Assembly (NCBI RefSeq): GCF_001194135.2
Contig: NC_069005.1
Span: forward strand, 3,576,374 to 3,640,373
DNA length: 64,000 nucleotides
Origin: Octopus bimaculoides
Taxonomy: Eukaryota
Direction: 5' to 3'
Position numbers and translations under genes: made by a program. Under the pieces are notes generated by a model. It was not told where the DNA came from, made no database searches, and saw nothing but the letters and a program-made list of their open reading frames with translations. Of the stretch, positions 51,133-64,000 are shown one piece after another; the stretch's first letter is position 1, and each line of letters begins with the position of its first letter.

Positions 51133-51450
51133 AAAGAGTACGATAAATTGCTAATTTGTGTACCTGAGGCAAATTGTGTCCGCCCGTTCTATCCACATTT
51201 CTTCGGATACCATGAAATTAAAAAGGTGCAGAAAATAGAAACTGCTTCCCAGTCCTGTGAGACAAGCCTAAAGAAAGAAAAGCCTGGGAATGCCTTGAAC
51301 AAGCGTTATTTCCCATGTAAGAAAATAGACTTGAATTCAAAGATGCGTTTTCTCAATGACACAAATGTGACAAAGATTAAAGAAGACTGTGATCGGCTGA
51401 TGCGTACAATTCCTAATGTCTTTAGACTGCTGGATGAAGTGGAAGGCTAA
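51133..51450 (+). CDS. Candidate terminal coding exon of an unidentified gene (105 aa)
   Basis: Branch-like ttctaac (51113-19), pyrimidine tract and AG (51131-32); in-frame stop just upstream (51109-11); open frame KEYDKLLICVPEAN...RLLDEVEG* with non-repetitive composition. Confidence 0.4.
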   Translation, partial: KEYDKLLICVPEANCVRPFYPHFFGYHEIKKVQKIETASQSCETSLKKEKPGNALNKRYFPCKKIDLNSKMRFLNDTNVTKIKEDCDRLMRTIPNVFRLLDEVEG

Positions 51451-52407
51451 TTTTATATGTATCACTTATCGATTGTTGATTTTATACCGAAAACTTGGTA
51501 TTCGTGTAGGATGGTATAAAGAAATTAACTGGGTAGCGTGCTTTAGATTTCCATCAATAAGTTTACGATCGAAAACAGCGTATGATTAGGAAATTAAGTA
51601 AATGAACAGTGATTAACGGCGAAGCGATATTGCATGGCAAATTCGGTTTTGTAAAAGTTAAATGGATTTCAATGATGCTTAGATTTTTGTTAACAAGCAG
51701 AATCTGAAAGAGTTTCCAAACTACAGTCTCTTATTTCCTGTAATCCTGTTTTGATTGTTGAACTAAAGAAAATGGCATAATATACTTCAATTTATATTAT
51801 TTACATGTTAGTTTAAAATGTATTCAATTCATGATAGATTTTTTTTTGGCNNNNNNNNNNNNNNNNNNNNNNNNNGGGGGGGGGTGTTTCTTTTCCAGAT
51901 TTCTGTTTCATGTAAAGATCTAGAGCAGTGAAAACAGGAATTCTTACAACAGAATATTAGCTTTCATTTCCTGCTACGCACTTATATAGTTGTAGTCTCT
52001 GTTGGCAGCTGTTTTGTTGTTTAAAGAAAAGGAGAATAAGAGAATAAAAGAAATTTGCTTTCATGTATAAAATAAGAATATAAGTATGTATGTGAGTGAA
52101 ACTACAACGGATGTAAAAGACACCATCAGCACATGCTAAACATATTTAAACATTATTGTCGAATGTGTTCTTTTTGTGTTGTTTTAAATAAATATACATA
52201 TAAATTGCTGTTGATAGTTTTATTGAAATATTAACTCGGTTACATATGATGTTTCTTTCCATAAACGCCATCCTCTCCATGCTGTTGTTTTTATAGGTGA
52301 TGTTGACGATACGTTGTTCTGTTTGATTTGTCGTCAGTCAGTCTTAGCAGAACAGTGCCGATAAATTCTATTCCTGATAAAATTTAGCTGACTTTGCTTC
52401 TTTTCTC

Positions 52408-52449
<42 letters not shown>

Positions 52450-52869
52450 CATACATACATACATGCATGCATGCATGCATACAGAGAGAGAGAGAGCATG
52501 GTGTGTCGCGTGAAGTAAACGCTTGTATTTTAATTTACGTAAAATTACGAACTCCTTTCAATAAAGTGACTGTCCAATAAATAATGGGGAAGGCTATTAG
52601 TCTCTTCGTGATATCATTACAATCTATCATATCATTGCAATCTATAATATCTAGAGACGGGGGTATCTGTGAGGCGAATGAAAGCTGGACTTGGTGGAGT
52701 TTGGACTCATAAGCCAGATGCGATATCTGCATGCTTTCTTGATTGATTCAAAATTTTTTGTTGAACTCCGTTACTTCCCTGCATCATGCAATAGTCTAGG
52801 TAATATTGCTGTCACATTTGAAGACGAGGTTACTAATTTGAGTAAAACATGTAGTGAAACAATATGATA

Positions 52870-53108
52870 AAAGGATACAGTTCCTTCCCGAAACATGTAA
52901 TCTCCTGTGTGCTTGTTTCCCGGCTTCCGTGGCGTATATAGTCCCAATTTGGGTGGGAATGGCGGTCGGTCTCATGATTACTCGTCTCAGAGCAACGTGA
53001 AATAAACTGTTTTGATCAAGAACACAACGCATCGCCAGGTCCAGGGATTGAAACCACAATATTATGATCACGAGTTCAACACCATAACCACAAAAGCTCG
53101 TGCCTCCA
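52870..53108 (-). mobile_element. SINE family E (D-type head + V-like body)
   Basis: Minus-strand head like 39263/39645; body tatacgccacggaagccgggaaac shared with 63120-63245. Confidence 0.75.
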
Positions 53109-54629
53109 GTATCAGACAATAGTCAAATTTTTTTCTTCAGATTACTAAATAAATCAGGGATAATGGGCTGCCCTCTAAATAACTATTCTCCTCATCAGAT
53201 ATAGTAACCATACATTCATTAGAACATTCCGTGGCCTTAATTCATGAAGCAGAATTTCCGGTGATAGTAACCTAGATAATCTTGGTTAGATATATCTAAA
53301 ACGAAAGCTGCTTTCGTCATGGCTGAAACTGTTTTCTTCATCGTTCCATTCGCTCTAAGATGACTTGCGAAGGAACATCAACTGCACCACCAACATCAGC
53401 ATAAATAACAACATCCTCAGAAGGATGATATTTGAATTAAAATTTGAACTCGTAACATAGACAAATTCCGTTAAACACTTTATATGTTGTTTTAATAGGT
53501 TCAGCCATTCACCGATTTTCACTATAATTATCTAGATAAAAACATGGACTATTTTTCCCTTTCTTTCTTTTATTTCCACTTTCAATAGCAATGTATCGAA
53601 AGCGAATGCGATTCTGGTTTAAATTACTTTCCTAATTTAAATAAAGAGCAGCCACGCTTGCTCTTCTATGAACTGCTCAATTTCATTAATAAAGTTAGAT
53701 GTCTACAATGTGTGTTAAGTAGCAATAAGTTGTTTCCAATTTAATACTTGAAAGTACATTAACAATGAATACTTTTGTATGACTCCAATTGTCCGGTGAC
53801 AAAAAACATTTCCACAATTCAATGATAATGAAAACCTGTTCAAACTTAGATAGAAAAACGAATATAAATAAAGTTAAGAAAGAGGAGAAAAACAAAACAG
53901 AAATGGCGTCAATAATCATCTGCGAAATATGAATAATATACTATAATTTACTACCATGTTATTTATTAAAAAGCTATTGCTAAAATTATCTAGCTCTCTT
54001 TTGCAGTGCAATGTATTCTTTTTCACGCCGTAACATCCATTTGTTGGTGTGAAATATCTCCTCTCGAAATGTTAAGATTAATGGCGGTTTTCTTATCTAT
54101 CCAATGAATGCCTATTCATCAGAGATGGTTTATATCGAGCAACGAATAAAATATAGAAAGGTCATATAACGTTACTGTACAACGACGATATATCATAAAT
54201 TATTTTTATTAGCTTTATGAGGACATATTCATTGCTTTGCTGTTTCATAGACAATTTAAAGCTGCTGTATTTGATAATCATTAAGTTATAAACTGCAAAA
54301 ATGATGATCAATGACGAAAATTGATTTAATAGTGGGCTGTTTTTGCAGTTGTAATCAGACTCCTAATTTCCCATGATTTGTTATTATTATTTATTCGCTC
54401 AGTATCACATTATCACCAAATCAGTAGAGACAAAATTTAGTGACACACATGCGCTTGCACAGATACAAGCATCAACACACGAACATACACATATAGAGCG
54501 TTTAAGCAAAATACATATGTATGTGAGTACATAAGTATGTCTGTTTATCTATCTATCTATCTGTCAATATTTACATATATATATATATATATATATTTGA
54601 CGCGTATTCAAGTATGCGTTTGAGCTTGC

Positions 54630-54689
<60 letters not shown>

Positions 54690-54696
54690 GTATTTC

Positions 54697-54864
54697 CAAG
54701 TTGCAGCCTTGTCACACTCTGTGTCACGCTGAATTTCCCCGAGAACTGCGTTAATGCTACACGTGTCTGAGGGGTGCTCAGGCACTTGCACGATAATTTC
54801 ACGAGCAGGCTGTTCCGTTACTCTGATCAACTGGAATCCTGGTCGTCGTAACCGACGGAGTGCC
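54697..54864 (+). mobile_element. SINE family D 3' body
   Basis: ccttgtcacactctgtgtcacgctgaat..gctgttccgtt..gatcaactggaa matches 39805-39951. Confidence 0.75.
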
Positions 54865-56506
54865 ACGAATACAAGTAAAGCGTCCCCAATTTCGTGAAAC
54901 ACAATAATCTGTTATATCTAGATGTGACGTAAATTTGTTGAACAGCGAGTAATTAAATTCAACGTAGAATGTGTCGCAATTTGTAAAAAAAGAACGTAAA
55001 ATTACGAAACTAGACATTGCAATACATTTAGTCCAAAGCAACTATCCTTTCTCTGATTTTACAAGCATTTCAGAAAAGTAATGATAGTAATAAGAAATGA
55101 AATATTTATGACATACGCCAGAGAAACGTGACCGATAGAATTTTAATAAAATATCATTCTTTTCCCTTCAGTCTTCTGCTAATACTACAAATGGTGATAG
55201 TGCTGCAGTTGCCGCCGACGCCACCACGACGACCACAACCACCAATACTGCTGCTGCTACTACTACTACTACTACTACTACTAAATAATAATAATAATAA
55301 TAATAATAATCTCATCATCTCGACTACCGTCGTGTTGGTATATTTTTACTTATTAACATTAGTAATTATTTTTTTTTTTCTTTGAAAAGTCATACAAGAC
55401 AAGGTTTTAGTATCGAAAATGGTTTACTATCGGAGAGTAAAGAGCTGTTTGACACAGTTTGCCAACAGGAAAGGCCAACTTACAGTAACATTAAGCTTTT
55501 CGAACCAAACAAAACTTTAATTGCTCTACGACTTGACAATATTATCATGACAGTTGAACATCGCATCTGTCAGAAATGCTTAAAGATTTGCCTGGATGCT
55601 TTATTGAATATTCGTCTCTTATACTCTGGGAATTGAAGCAACGTTTCTAGGAATCGATCGACAATATTTCACACACAAGATAATACTTGTAGAAGAGGTT
55701 GGCAGTGAGTGTCAGACTAAATGCATTTATGATATTTAGTTTGGTCAATCATTGATGTTAGTTCATTTCTCACAGGGCTTCAATGTAATATTCACCAATA
55801 TTCCGTGGTGGTTAAATTAATTACCAGCAATACAAAACTGTTCGTGCAGAGAACAGTGAGAATCGTTAAAGCGTTGGGATTTAAGCAGTGTTTCGAATCC
55901 TGCGCGGCTGATTTTGGCTTCAATCCCATCCTGAGTTGATAAATAACTCACAAGTCAAGTACTACTATTGATTATTTGCTATCTCCTCTCATCCTCTTAG
56001 AATGAGTTACGTTGCTCTTTAAGACAATTGTAAACGGAACGCTTATATTATCCACTGCTCGTTGAGGAGACAGACAGCTTCCACTCATATAAATACAATT
56101 ATGCTGCTGAATACGGCTGTGGATGACCAATTGCAGGAACGAAAACTAAAGAAGATATGGTTTGAGGATATAAATTTAGGAGCGATAAAAGTATATGTTT
56201 GGGGGACCACTTCAACATGTTTGAAATGAATGCATAAACACACAGGATAACCCAGTGATGGATATTGTATCGCGAGAAGACGCACAAGATCATTATGCTC
56301 TCCAAATTTGTACTGTGGATTTGGAGAGCAAAATTTAATATTTAAGCTCCTTTTCCTGTTGATAAATATTTTCGAACAGCTCCTTCGTTTCCGACTGTAA
56401 ACCGCTTTCGATACAGGAGAGTTGTTTGAGTTTAGTAAGACAAAAACTGACTAATTATAATAACGAGTAGCAGGAGTAGTGTGAGCGGGCAGCAGTAACA
56501 AACGTT

Positions 56507-56551
<45 letters not shown>

Positions 56552-57040
56552 GAAGCGGCAGCAGTGTGATCGTATAGATTAACTGAACTAACCGGATTTC
56601 AATTGCTACCAGCTGTACGGTTTCATTAATCGTCGAAACATGCGCAGGTAAAAATCTGTGGGAATATTAAGTACGGCGATGTTGGCGACGATGGCGATGA
56701 TGATGGTAATGATGGTGCGAACAACGGGAACCTATGCATCCGAAGATCATGAGAAAGTGTGGCAAGCCCTTCATGTGTGAGGAAGAAATAGCAGAGAGAG
56801 AGAGAGAGAGAGAGGCGAGGTGAGAATTTATGAACGCGGCGGCTGCGAACAGTTTTGAAAGAACAGGGCGACTGAGACAATGGAGATACGTCGAAGAAAG
56901 AAGGAAAGAATCTTTGTTAGAATCTCGATTTGACTATATCTTTTATATTTGCCCTAAATGCACCAGATTTGGTCGTCCAAGGATCAGTTTTAAAAGCAAT
57001 AACCTACCAGAAGGGCTTGCCACACTTTCTCCAATGTTTC

Positions 57041-57276
57041 TTATTTCTTTACTGCCCACAAAGGTTTACACACAGAGGGAACAAACACGGACAGACAAAG
57101 GGATTAAGTCGATTATATCGACTACAGTGCGAAACTGGGATTTATTTAATCGAGCTCCGAAGGGATGAAAGGCAAAGTCGACCTCGGCGGAATTTGAAAT
57201 CAGAACGTAGTGGCAGACGAAATACCGCTAAGCATCTCACCCGGCTTGCTAACGTTCCTGCCAGCTCGTCGCCTTT
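57041..57276 (-). mobile_element. SINE A2, full length
   Basis: A2 tail, core, complete head. Confidence 0.9.
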
Positions 57277-57291
57277 CCCATGATATATATA

Positions 57292-57440
57292 CTTCACTGC
57301 TCTAGGCACAAGACCCGAAATGATTTGGTGAAGTGGCCAGTCGATTGGATCAACCCCAGTACGCAAATTGTACATAATGTATCTTCGACGAAAGGCAAAG
57401 TCGACCTCGGTGTGCTAACGATTTTGCTAGCTCGCCACAC
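57292..57440 (-). mobile_element. SINE A1 with internal deletions
   Basis: ctctaggcacaagacccgaaat tail; aaaggcaaagtcgacctcgg joined to gtgctaacgatt. Confidence 0.85.
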
Positions 57441-59204
57441 TTCCCGTGCTATATATTGCATACAACAATGAAGTTTCTATGTAACTAACGGCCACTCGTG
57501 GGAAAGAAATTTGCATGAATAAACATTTCAAACCATTATTTTTCCCAGAACGATGTGCGTTCCATCAGTTTCATTTATACAAACAACTATTCCTTCATTT
57601 AGGATGGTAGAGCACGATCAATACACATATCACATCTTCTCTTATAAAATACTGCACATATGATTACATATCCTATCCAAAGTACTTCTCCAAGAACACT
57701 GAAGCATAGCTTAAAAAATTTAATTAGCGGAAGCCATACACGTAGTTTTCCTTAACTGTAGAAATGTTTAAAATCATTCATCGAACTATTCTACATTCCA
57801 TACCGTTTATTTGAAATTATACTTGTTTAACGTTTTTCGGATTGGTATCGAACACGGTGAATTGCATTTACAAAGTTCAGATCTTCATACTTTGTCCGTG
57901 CTTTACATTCACTGAAACGTCTGACGCAGACATTGTTCTGAACACGATTAATAATATATATATATATATATGAAAAGATAATACTACATTCAATAGGTTG
58001 CGGTAGAATGGTAAATAACATTGAAAATCCAGCAATAAAATTTCCTGACATCCTGGTCACTAACACGTTTCTGCTGTAAAGTGTCGCTGTCATCACATTT
58101 CTTGTTTTCTGATAGTTCTTCGTGTTTTCCAAAAATCTCTTCAAACATTTGCGTCCTCACATTTTTTCTATTGTAGCAATGAATACTATAGAGATACATA
58201 CAAAAATAATAATAAAAATATAACAAGAAATAAAAGTAAAAGAAAAATTTGTATTTTTTTTTGTCGTGTTGCAGTTCCAAAATGGCTTCATTTTATTTTT
58301 TATTATTTTCTTGGTGATTTTGTGTGTTTTGTTTGAAGAAGAAGTTATTCGTTTAGTCGTATCTCACATTTCCAAGTTTGAATATTTGCAGCTAGTGTGA
58401 ATACAGCAGTTCTCTCCAGTCTAGCGATACACGTCTTGCCAGCTGTTACATGCAGAGCAGACATTAAAGCTTCAAATCACTAAAAGATTCCCTGAATTAC
58501 TTTCGTCGTCAAGCATACGTTCCTAAAAGTTTTTGCAAGAGATGTCAGTTGCATACAGTTTACTTTAATTCTAACTTTTTTTTTAAATAGTATTTTTTTT
58601 TCTGATGAAATTTTTAACAAAATATTATTCATCATTAAGTGTCAAAATTCAATTTTGTGAACGAAATAAATCTACAAATATTAGCAAGTGGATCTGGTTT
58701 CACATCCGTAGTAAAATAATAAATATAAAACTAACATGATTTTTATTATACGAACTTAAATATTAGAATAAATATTGTCGAGAGATTATGATGACGTTGA
58801 TGCTTATGATAGGGATTGGTATAGCGGTTATGATAAAGACAACGGTCTTGATGTTGGTACCAAAATCTCATATTCTACACAAATTGTGTGTGTGTGTGTG
58901 ACAGGATTAAATTTTGCTAGTTTGAGTAAAACTGAGCCCTGGAGGAGAGTTGCGGAGCACAATACTTCAACAGCATTTAAGATTGTGCGGATATATGTGT
59001 GTGTGTTCGTGTGTAAATGCATGTGTGTGTACTAGGGTGTAAAGAAATGTAATTGGAAACGTAAAATTCTGTAGCAACACGTAATTAGGTGGTCCACACA
59101 TTTTAAAAATAGACGTAGTTCCATAAGCATATACACCTACACACAAATGCGCTCACAAATATATATATATATATATAAATATATATATGTGTATAGGTCA
59201 ACAC

Positions 59205-59368
59205 GTCGTCTTTACGTTGTAACTTCAAATTCCGCCGAGATCGACTTTGGCTTTCATCCTTTCGGGGTCGATAAATTAAATTCAATTTGCGTACTGGGGT
59301 CGATCTAATCGACTGACTCCCGCCCCAAACATTTCGGGCCTTGTGCCTAGAGTAGAACAGAGTATTAT
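59205..59368 (+). mobile_element. 5'-truncated SINE A1
   Basis: ttcaaattccgccgagatcgacttt..core..atttcgggccttgtgcctagagtaga. Confidence 0.9.
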
Positions 59369-59798
59369 ATACAAGCATAATACTATTTTTGACAACTTCC
59401 ATTGTATGTACAGTCAATGTTGGTAACTTCGACTCTGCAAAATAATATCTTGTTGTCTTACGGATTAAAGCTTTTACTGGTTTCAGTTGATGACACCATA
59501 AACTCTTACATTTGATCTTCTATTGGTTCCCATCCTCTCATAATCATCATCATTCGTATCAGCAGCAATATTTGTTTAGCAATGTTTATAGCCACCTACA
59601 TTCTACGAAATATACGCCGCTATATAGCGAATAATATATATTCGTCTGCACATCGATGTTGAACGATATGGCAACCGGTTTTAATGTAGATAGTTAATTT
59701 TATTGTTGTTTGCCTATTTTGAAATGCTCAATCAGACATTCTGATTTTTATTCCCAGAGCACGAAAGAAAAGAAACATTATAATAAATTAAACCTCTC

Positions 59799-59886
<88 letters not shown>

Positions 59887-60484
59887 GTGTGTGTGTGTGT
59901 ACATATATATGTATGTGTACATATATATGTATGTGTATATATATATATGTGTGTGTACATATATATGTATGTGTATATNNNNNNNNNNNNNNNNNNNNNN
60001 NNNNNNNNNNNNNNNNNNNNNNNNNNNNNNNNNNNNNNNNNNNNNNNNNNNNNNNNNNNNNNNNNNNNNNNNNNNNNNNNNNNNNNNNNNNNNNNNNNNN
60101 NNNNNNNNNNNNNNNNNNNNNNNNNNNNNNNNNNNNNNNNNNNNNNNNNNNNNNNNNNNNNNNNNNNNNNNNNNNNNNNNNNNNNNNNNNNNNNNNNNNN
60201 NNNNNNNNNNNNNNNNNNNNNNNNNNNNNNNNNNNNNNNNNNNNNNNNNNNNNNNNNNNNNNNNNNNNNNNNNNNNNNNNNNNNNNNNNNNNNNNNNNNN
60301 NNNNNNNNNNNNNNNNNNNNNNNNNNNNNNNNNNNNNNNNNNNNNNNNNNNNNNNNNNNNNNNNNNNNNNNNNNNNNNNNNNNNNNNNNNNNNNNNNNNN
60401 NNNNNNNNNNNNNNNNNNNNNNNNNNNNNNNNNNNNNNNNNNNNNNNNNNNNNNNNNNNNNNNNNNNNNNNNNNNNNNNNNNNN

Positions 60485-60540
<56 letters not shown>

Positions 60541-60699
60541 ACTACAGCGGTAAATACATCTAGGGTATGATATGTAATGAAACGAATCTTAGCAATTGAA
60601 CAAACATAAAACGTGCAAATAATTTCGAGAGGCTGATATCATCGATTAAATTCGGCTTCGAGAAACGCTAACACATAAGGCCTATCGTTTAATCCTAAC

Positions 60700-61250
60700 A
60701 AGTAAACTGGAGAAGAATTTTAGAATTAACGATGAAAAGTCGTCAAATTGGAAGTGTTACAGTTGTCAGGATTTTCGTAACGTGAAATATGTTTCCGATA
60801 TTAGAAAATGTATAGGGAAATCAATGGAAAAATCGGTATTTCGTGAAGAAGAATCAGAGCACATTTTCTGGAAAACAATGATTCCATATGTGACTGATGC
60901 CTTCATATATATATTAGAGGGAAAAGGACAACAAAAACCAAGGCAGGGCGAGTATCTCAAATCTTTTATAATTTAATTAGGGCAAGGGTAATTTGAAGTC
61001 TTATAGCTGTTTATGGGATATCACAAGTGATACGCAAGCATATTCGTACACTGGGTATTCCTTCATCTGACACAAGTTGAGAATATATGGAATTTCTAGA
61101 CATGGAAATGCACAGATTATAAGGCTAAAATAGAAGAATGGGGATTAAAATTAGATAGAAGAATACAGACAGCAAAACAAGGGTCACAGTTTAGGCGAGA
61201 CATAGACCGTTAGGTATAATACCGGGTAAATCCAGGCACTATTTTGGCAG
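60700..61250 (+). mobile_element. Possible decayed LINE 3' fragment
   Basis: EEESEHIFW (60845-60871) resembles the E-x-x-x-H-x-F zinc-knuckle segment; stop-riddled protein-like frames. Confidence 0.25.
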
Positions 61251-61624
61251 CACTTTGAACGATGCGTTCATGCTGAAGTGGTTAGCTACTATGTAAATGA
61301 TCTGCGTGGGCATATAGAGTGAGATAAACACAAGTATTAGTAATGACTAAAAATACTCGTCCTGCCTTAGATTGTGTTGTTTTTTCCCTCTAATATATAC
61401 CTGATAACACGGGTGCCTATTATGGTTCAACGGATGGCCAATTATCACACTAAGCGTACCTATTCGTCTATATCACCAGTGAACTAAACTCCTCATATAT
61501 GTATATATATATGTATGTATACATGTGTGTGTGTGTGTGTTTGTGTGTATTTATTATATGTGCTACAGGATGGCTTCAGTCAAATGAGTGATACAAGTAA
61601 AAGAATAGAAGCATAAAGGAATGA

Positions 61625-61691
<67 letters not shown>

Positions 61692-61907
61692 NNNNNNNNN
61701 NNNNNNNNNNNNNNNNNNNNNNNNNNNNNNNNNNNNNNNNNNNNNNNNNNNNNNNNNNNNNNNNNNNNNNNNNNNNNNNNNNNNNNNNNNNNNNNNNNNN
61801 NNNNNNNNNNNNNNNNNNNNNNNNNNNNNNNNNNNNNNNNNNNNNNNNNNNNNNNNNNNNNNNNNNNNNNNNNNNNNNNNNNNNNNNNNNNNNNNNNNNN
61901 NNNNNNN

Positions 61908-61938
<31 letters not shown>

Positions 61939-63119
61939 TATATATATATATAATCTTTTACTTAGAGAGAGAGAGAGAAAGAAAGAGAGAGAGTGTATGC
62001 AAATGCAAAATGTTACCTTTCAGATAGCTTGTTAGGGATGCATCTTCCGATATTTCCAATAACAATAATTGCAAAATTAATTACCAAATGAATAAAAATG
62101 AAAATGATAGTTTTCTTGACTAGCTCGGCACAGAGTTCTCCGCCACCATCCTCATTGTTTTCATCTCTGCCGTTGTCGTCACCAATAAATTTTATTTGTG
62201 ATGGAAATGCACACTAAGATAATATCTTGGTTCAAGGGTAGTAAAAAGGAGATGAAAAACATTTATTTCCCAAAACGAAATAAAAACAAAACCATACAGA
62301 AACACATGCATACAGACACAAACAAATACGAACAGAGACATGTATGTGCGCGCGTGCAATTTAGCGTGTGTTGGACGTAAACTAATTATTTTGGAAATTA
62401 CATTAGTGAATGAAGTTTTCGTTTCACCTTATCAATTATATTAATTTTTTTCACACCATCTGAATTATTTCAAGTGTAATTATTCCTTTTTATTTATTTT
62501 TTCTGATATTTCTTGTACATTTTCGGTTTTTAATGTGTGTTGAATCAAACGAAATACCGAGTGTCAAATTTACCATAAATATTGTACTAAATATATTATT
62601 AAATCTATTTTAGTTTCAGCATCAAGGGTTTCGATACCTTAATTGGAGGGAGTGATAATCTGCCTAGGGTGTAACTTTAAAGTGCTTCAATCCGAAGGGC
62701 CCTGGAGTGACAGTTGTGGGTTTTTCAGGTGTGTGCAACAACTACGTGGCCACAGTTGTCAAATTTACTTTCATCCAGCGAATTAGTACGAGTCAGGTTG
62801 CCAGCTCTCATCTGAGTTGCATGTAACCACCAGAGATAGGGTACGTTGGAATCATGGGATTAATTAAGTGCGGTAGGCGTGAACTACTTTGGAGTAAACT
62901 TATTTAGTCGATGGCCAATATTACATGGCGCTCAGTGAATGAACATTCAATAAACTGTAAAAGGCCATTCCATTTAACAAACTACTGACATCAACGGCAA
63001 TCGTTGTGTGTACAGATGAGGTATCTCAGCTAACAGACGAACAATATGATTTATTGGTCCGGGTTAATCAAGTGAATCTTAAAGACGGAGGGCGAAGTAA
63101 TATAATCGTTCTCATGTAT

Positions 63120-63245
63120 TGTCTGGGAGCTCACCTGCGACGGGACGGCGTCCCATCCAGGTGGGAAACCTATACGCCAATGAGACCGGGAAACCGGCCC
63201 GTATGAAGTAGTTATGGTACGAGAAGGAACAAACAACAGCAACAA
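63120..63245 (+). mobile_element. SINE family E 3' body with V-SINE-like box
   Basis: cctgcgacgggacggcgtcccatccagg resembles the recalled V-domain CCTGCGATGGACTGGC..CCxTCCAGG; ends in (AAC)n. Confidence 0.65.
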
Positions 63246-63539
63246 CAAATAAAAGCTTGAATATTCATATATTAAATAACAAGTTTAGTAAATCATATTT
63301 TAAAATGAACAAGAAATCATTATTTTATGGTGGTAAGCAGTTTTACTTAGATAATATATAAATGATATGCCAGTGTGCAATATTTTGTAACATATTGATA
63401 TCATTTTGTTAAGAGTCGTTCGCTCAGCAATGACAATGTTCGGAGATTGCATACTTAGAAATAATTCCCGGGAAAGCGGAGCTGATCCCTTGGATCCGCT
63501 CTCATAATAGTTCCGCTAATCCAATAGCAACAATACAAA

Positions 63540-63680
63540 GTACGTAGCCCTTAAAACGGTTTTGTGCATTTACAGAGCCTACCAAACTGTATTACACAGG
63601 ATATTGTTTTTAGGAATTCCCAATAAGCTATGAATACCCAAATTGTGAAGTCAGTTATGTAATAACATGAAATTAGAGTG
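63540..63680 (-). repeat. Unclassified interspersed repeat, homologue of 46165-46300
   Basis: See the 46165 feature. Confidence 0.8.
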
Positions 63681-64000
63681 GGATTGGACCCGTAGCCCAT
63701 TTTAATTTCCTTGCAAAGCGAGTATCTTCGATCATACATCTGCGATGCTGGTTTGGTTCTTTCCACGATCACTATAGGGCTTGTAAATTTGATATTTGTC
63801 ACTCGTATTCATAGTCACGTTTGTGTAACTTTAACTAAAAAGCAGAACCACGAAATGCAGTCATTCTATTGTCTGCAATGTTAAAATTAAAAGCGAAACA
63901 AAGGAAAATGTTTGATTGTCTCTTCATCCATAAGCCATTTCCACCAATTATTCTGAGGAATGCGTCGTTTGGTTAGAGTTGTCAGGACTCTCCTGCATAG

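Larger units (their letters stand above)
4498..61907. other. 20 assembly gaps (N runs), most bordered by (AT)n/(GT)n/(GA)n arrays
   Basis: e.g. 7793-8407, 9917-10674, 25211-25823, 43234-43648, 59979-60484; consistent with contigs breaking at long microsatellites. Confidence 0.95.

Noticed and set aside
55382-55636. 84-aa ORF after a poly-T tract
   Set aside because: Length within chance expectation, no motif, no clear splice signals.
56730-56790. C2H2 zinc-finger-like KCGKPFMCEE
   Set aside because: No Cys/His ligand pattern; runs into (GA)n.
57827-58144. GPCR TM6-like VTRM..F..LP segment
   Set aside because: Interrupted by (AT)n, no flanking helices or CWxP motif.
4409-61939. Long ORFs in the track containing X runs (e.g. 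7653-8526, 9858-10812, 42944-43794, 59710-60570)
   Set aside because: They are open only because N-gaps contain no stop codons.

Overview
AT-rich, repeat-dominated animal genomic DNA with 20 N-gaps, most of them flanked by dinucleotide microsatellites. The tRNA-derived SINE families and microsatellite density look like a coleoid cephalopod, probably Octopus (inference from recalled repeat sequences, not a search). No protein-coding gene can be identified with confidence. Most listed ORFs are artefacts of N-gaps or simple repeats. The best coding candidate is one putative terminal exon (51133-51450, +). The window holds about 30 SINE copies or fragments in five related modular families, several decayed LINE fragments (L1/Tx1-like, CR1/L2-like) and Penelope-type repeats with degenerate hammerhead-ribozyme motifs. 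It also holds five non-autonomous DNA elements: a 564-bp element with 8-bp TSD, GG termini and a central telomere-repeat palindrome; a ~1.07-kb TTAA-flanked foldback; a Tc1/mariner element made of two inverted transposase 3' ends; a mini-mariner; and a small MITE. A decayed reading frame near the window start resembles a D5/SF3 primase-helicase (possible Polinton or viral fossil, unverified). All homology calls were made by eye.
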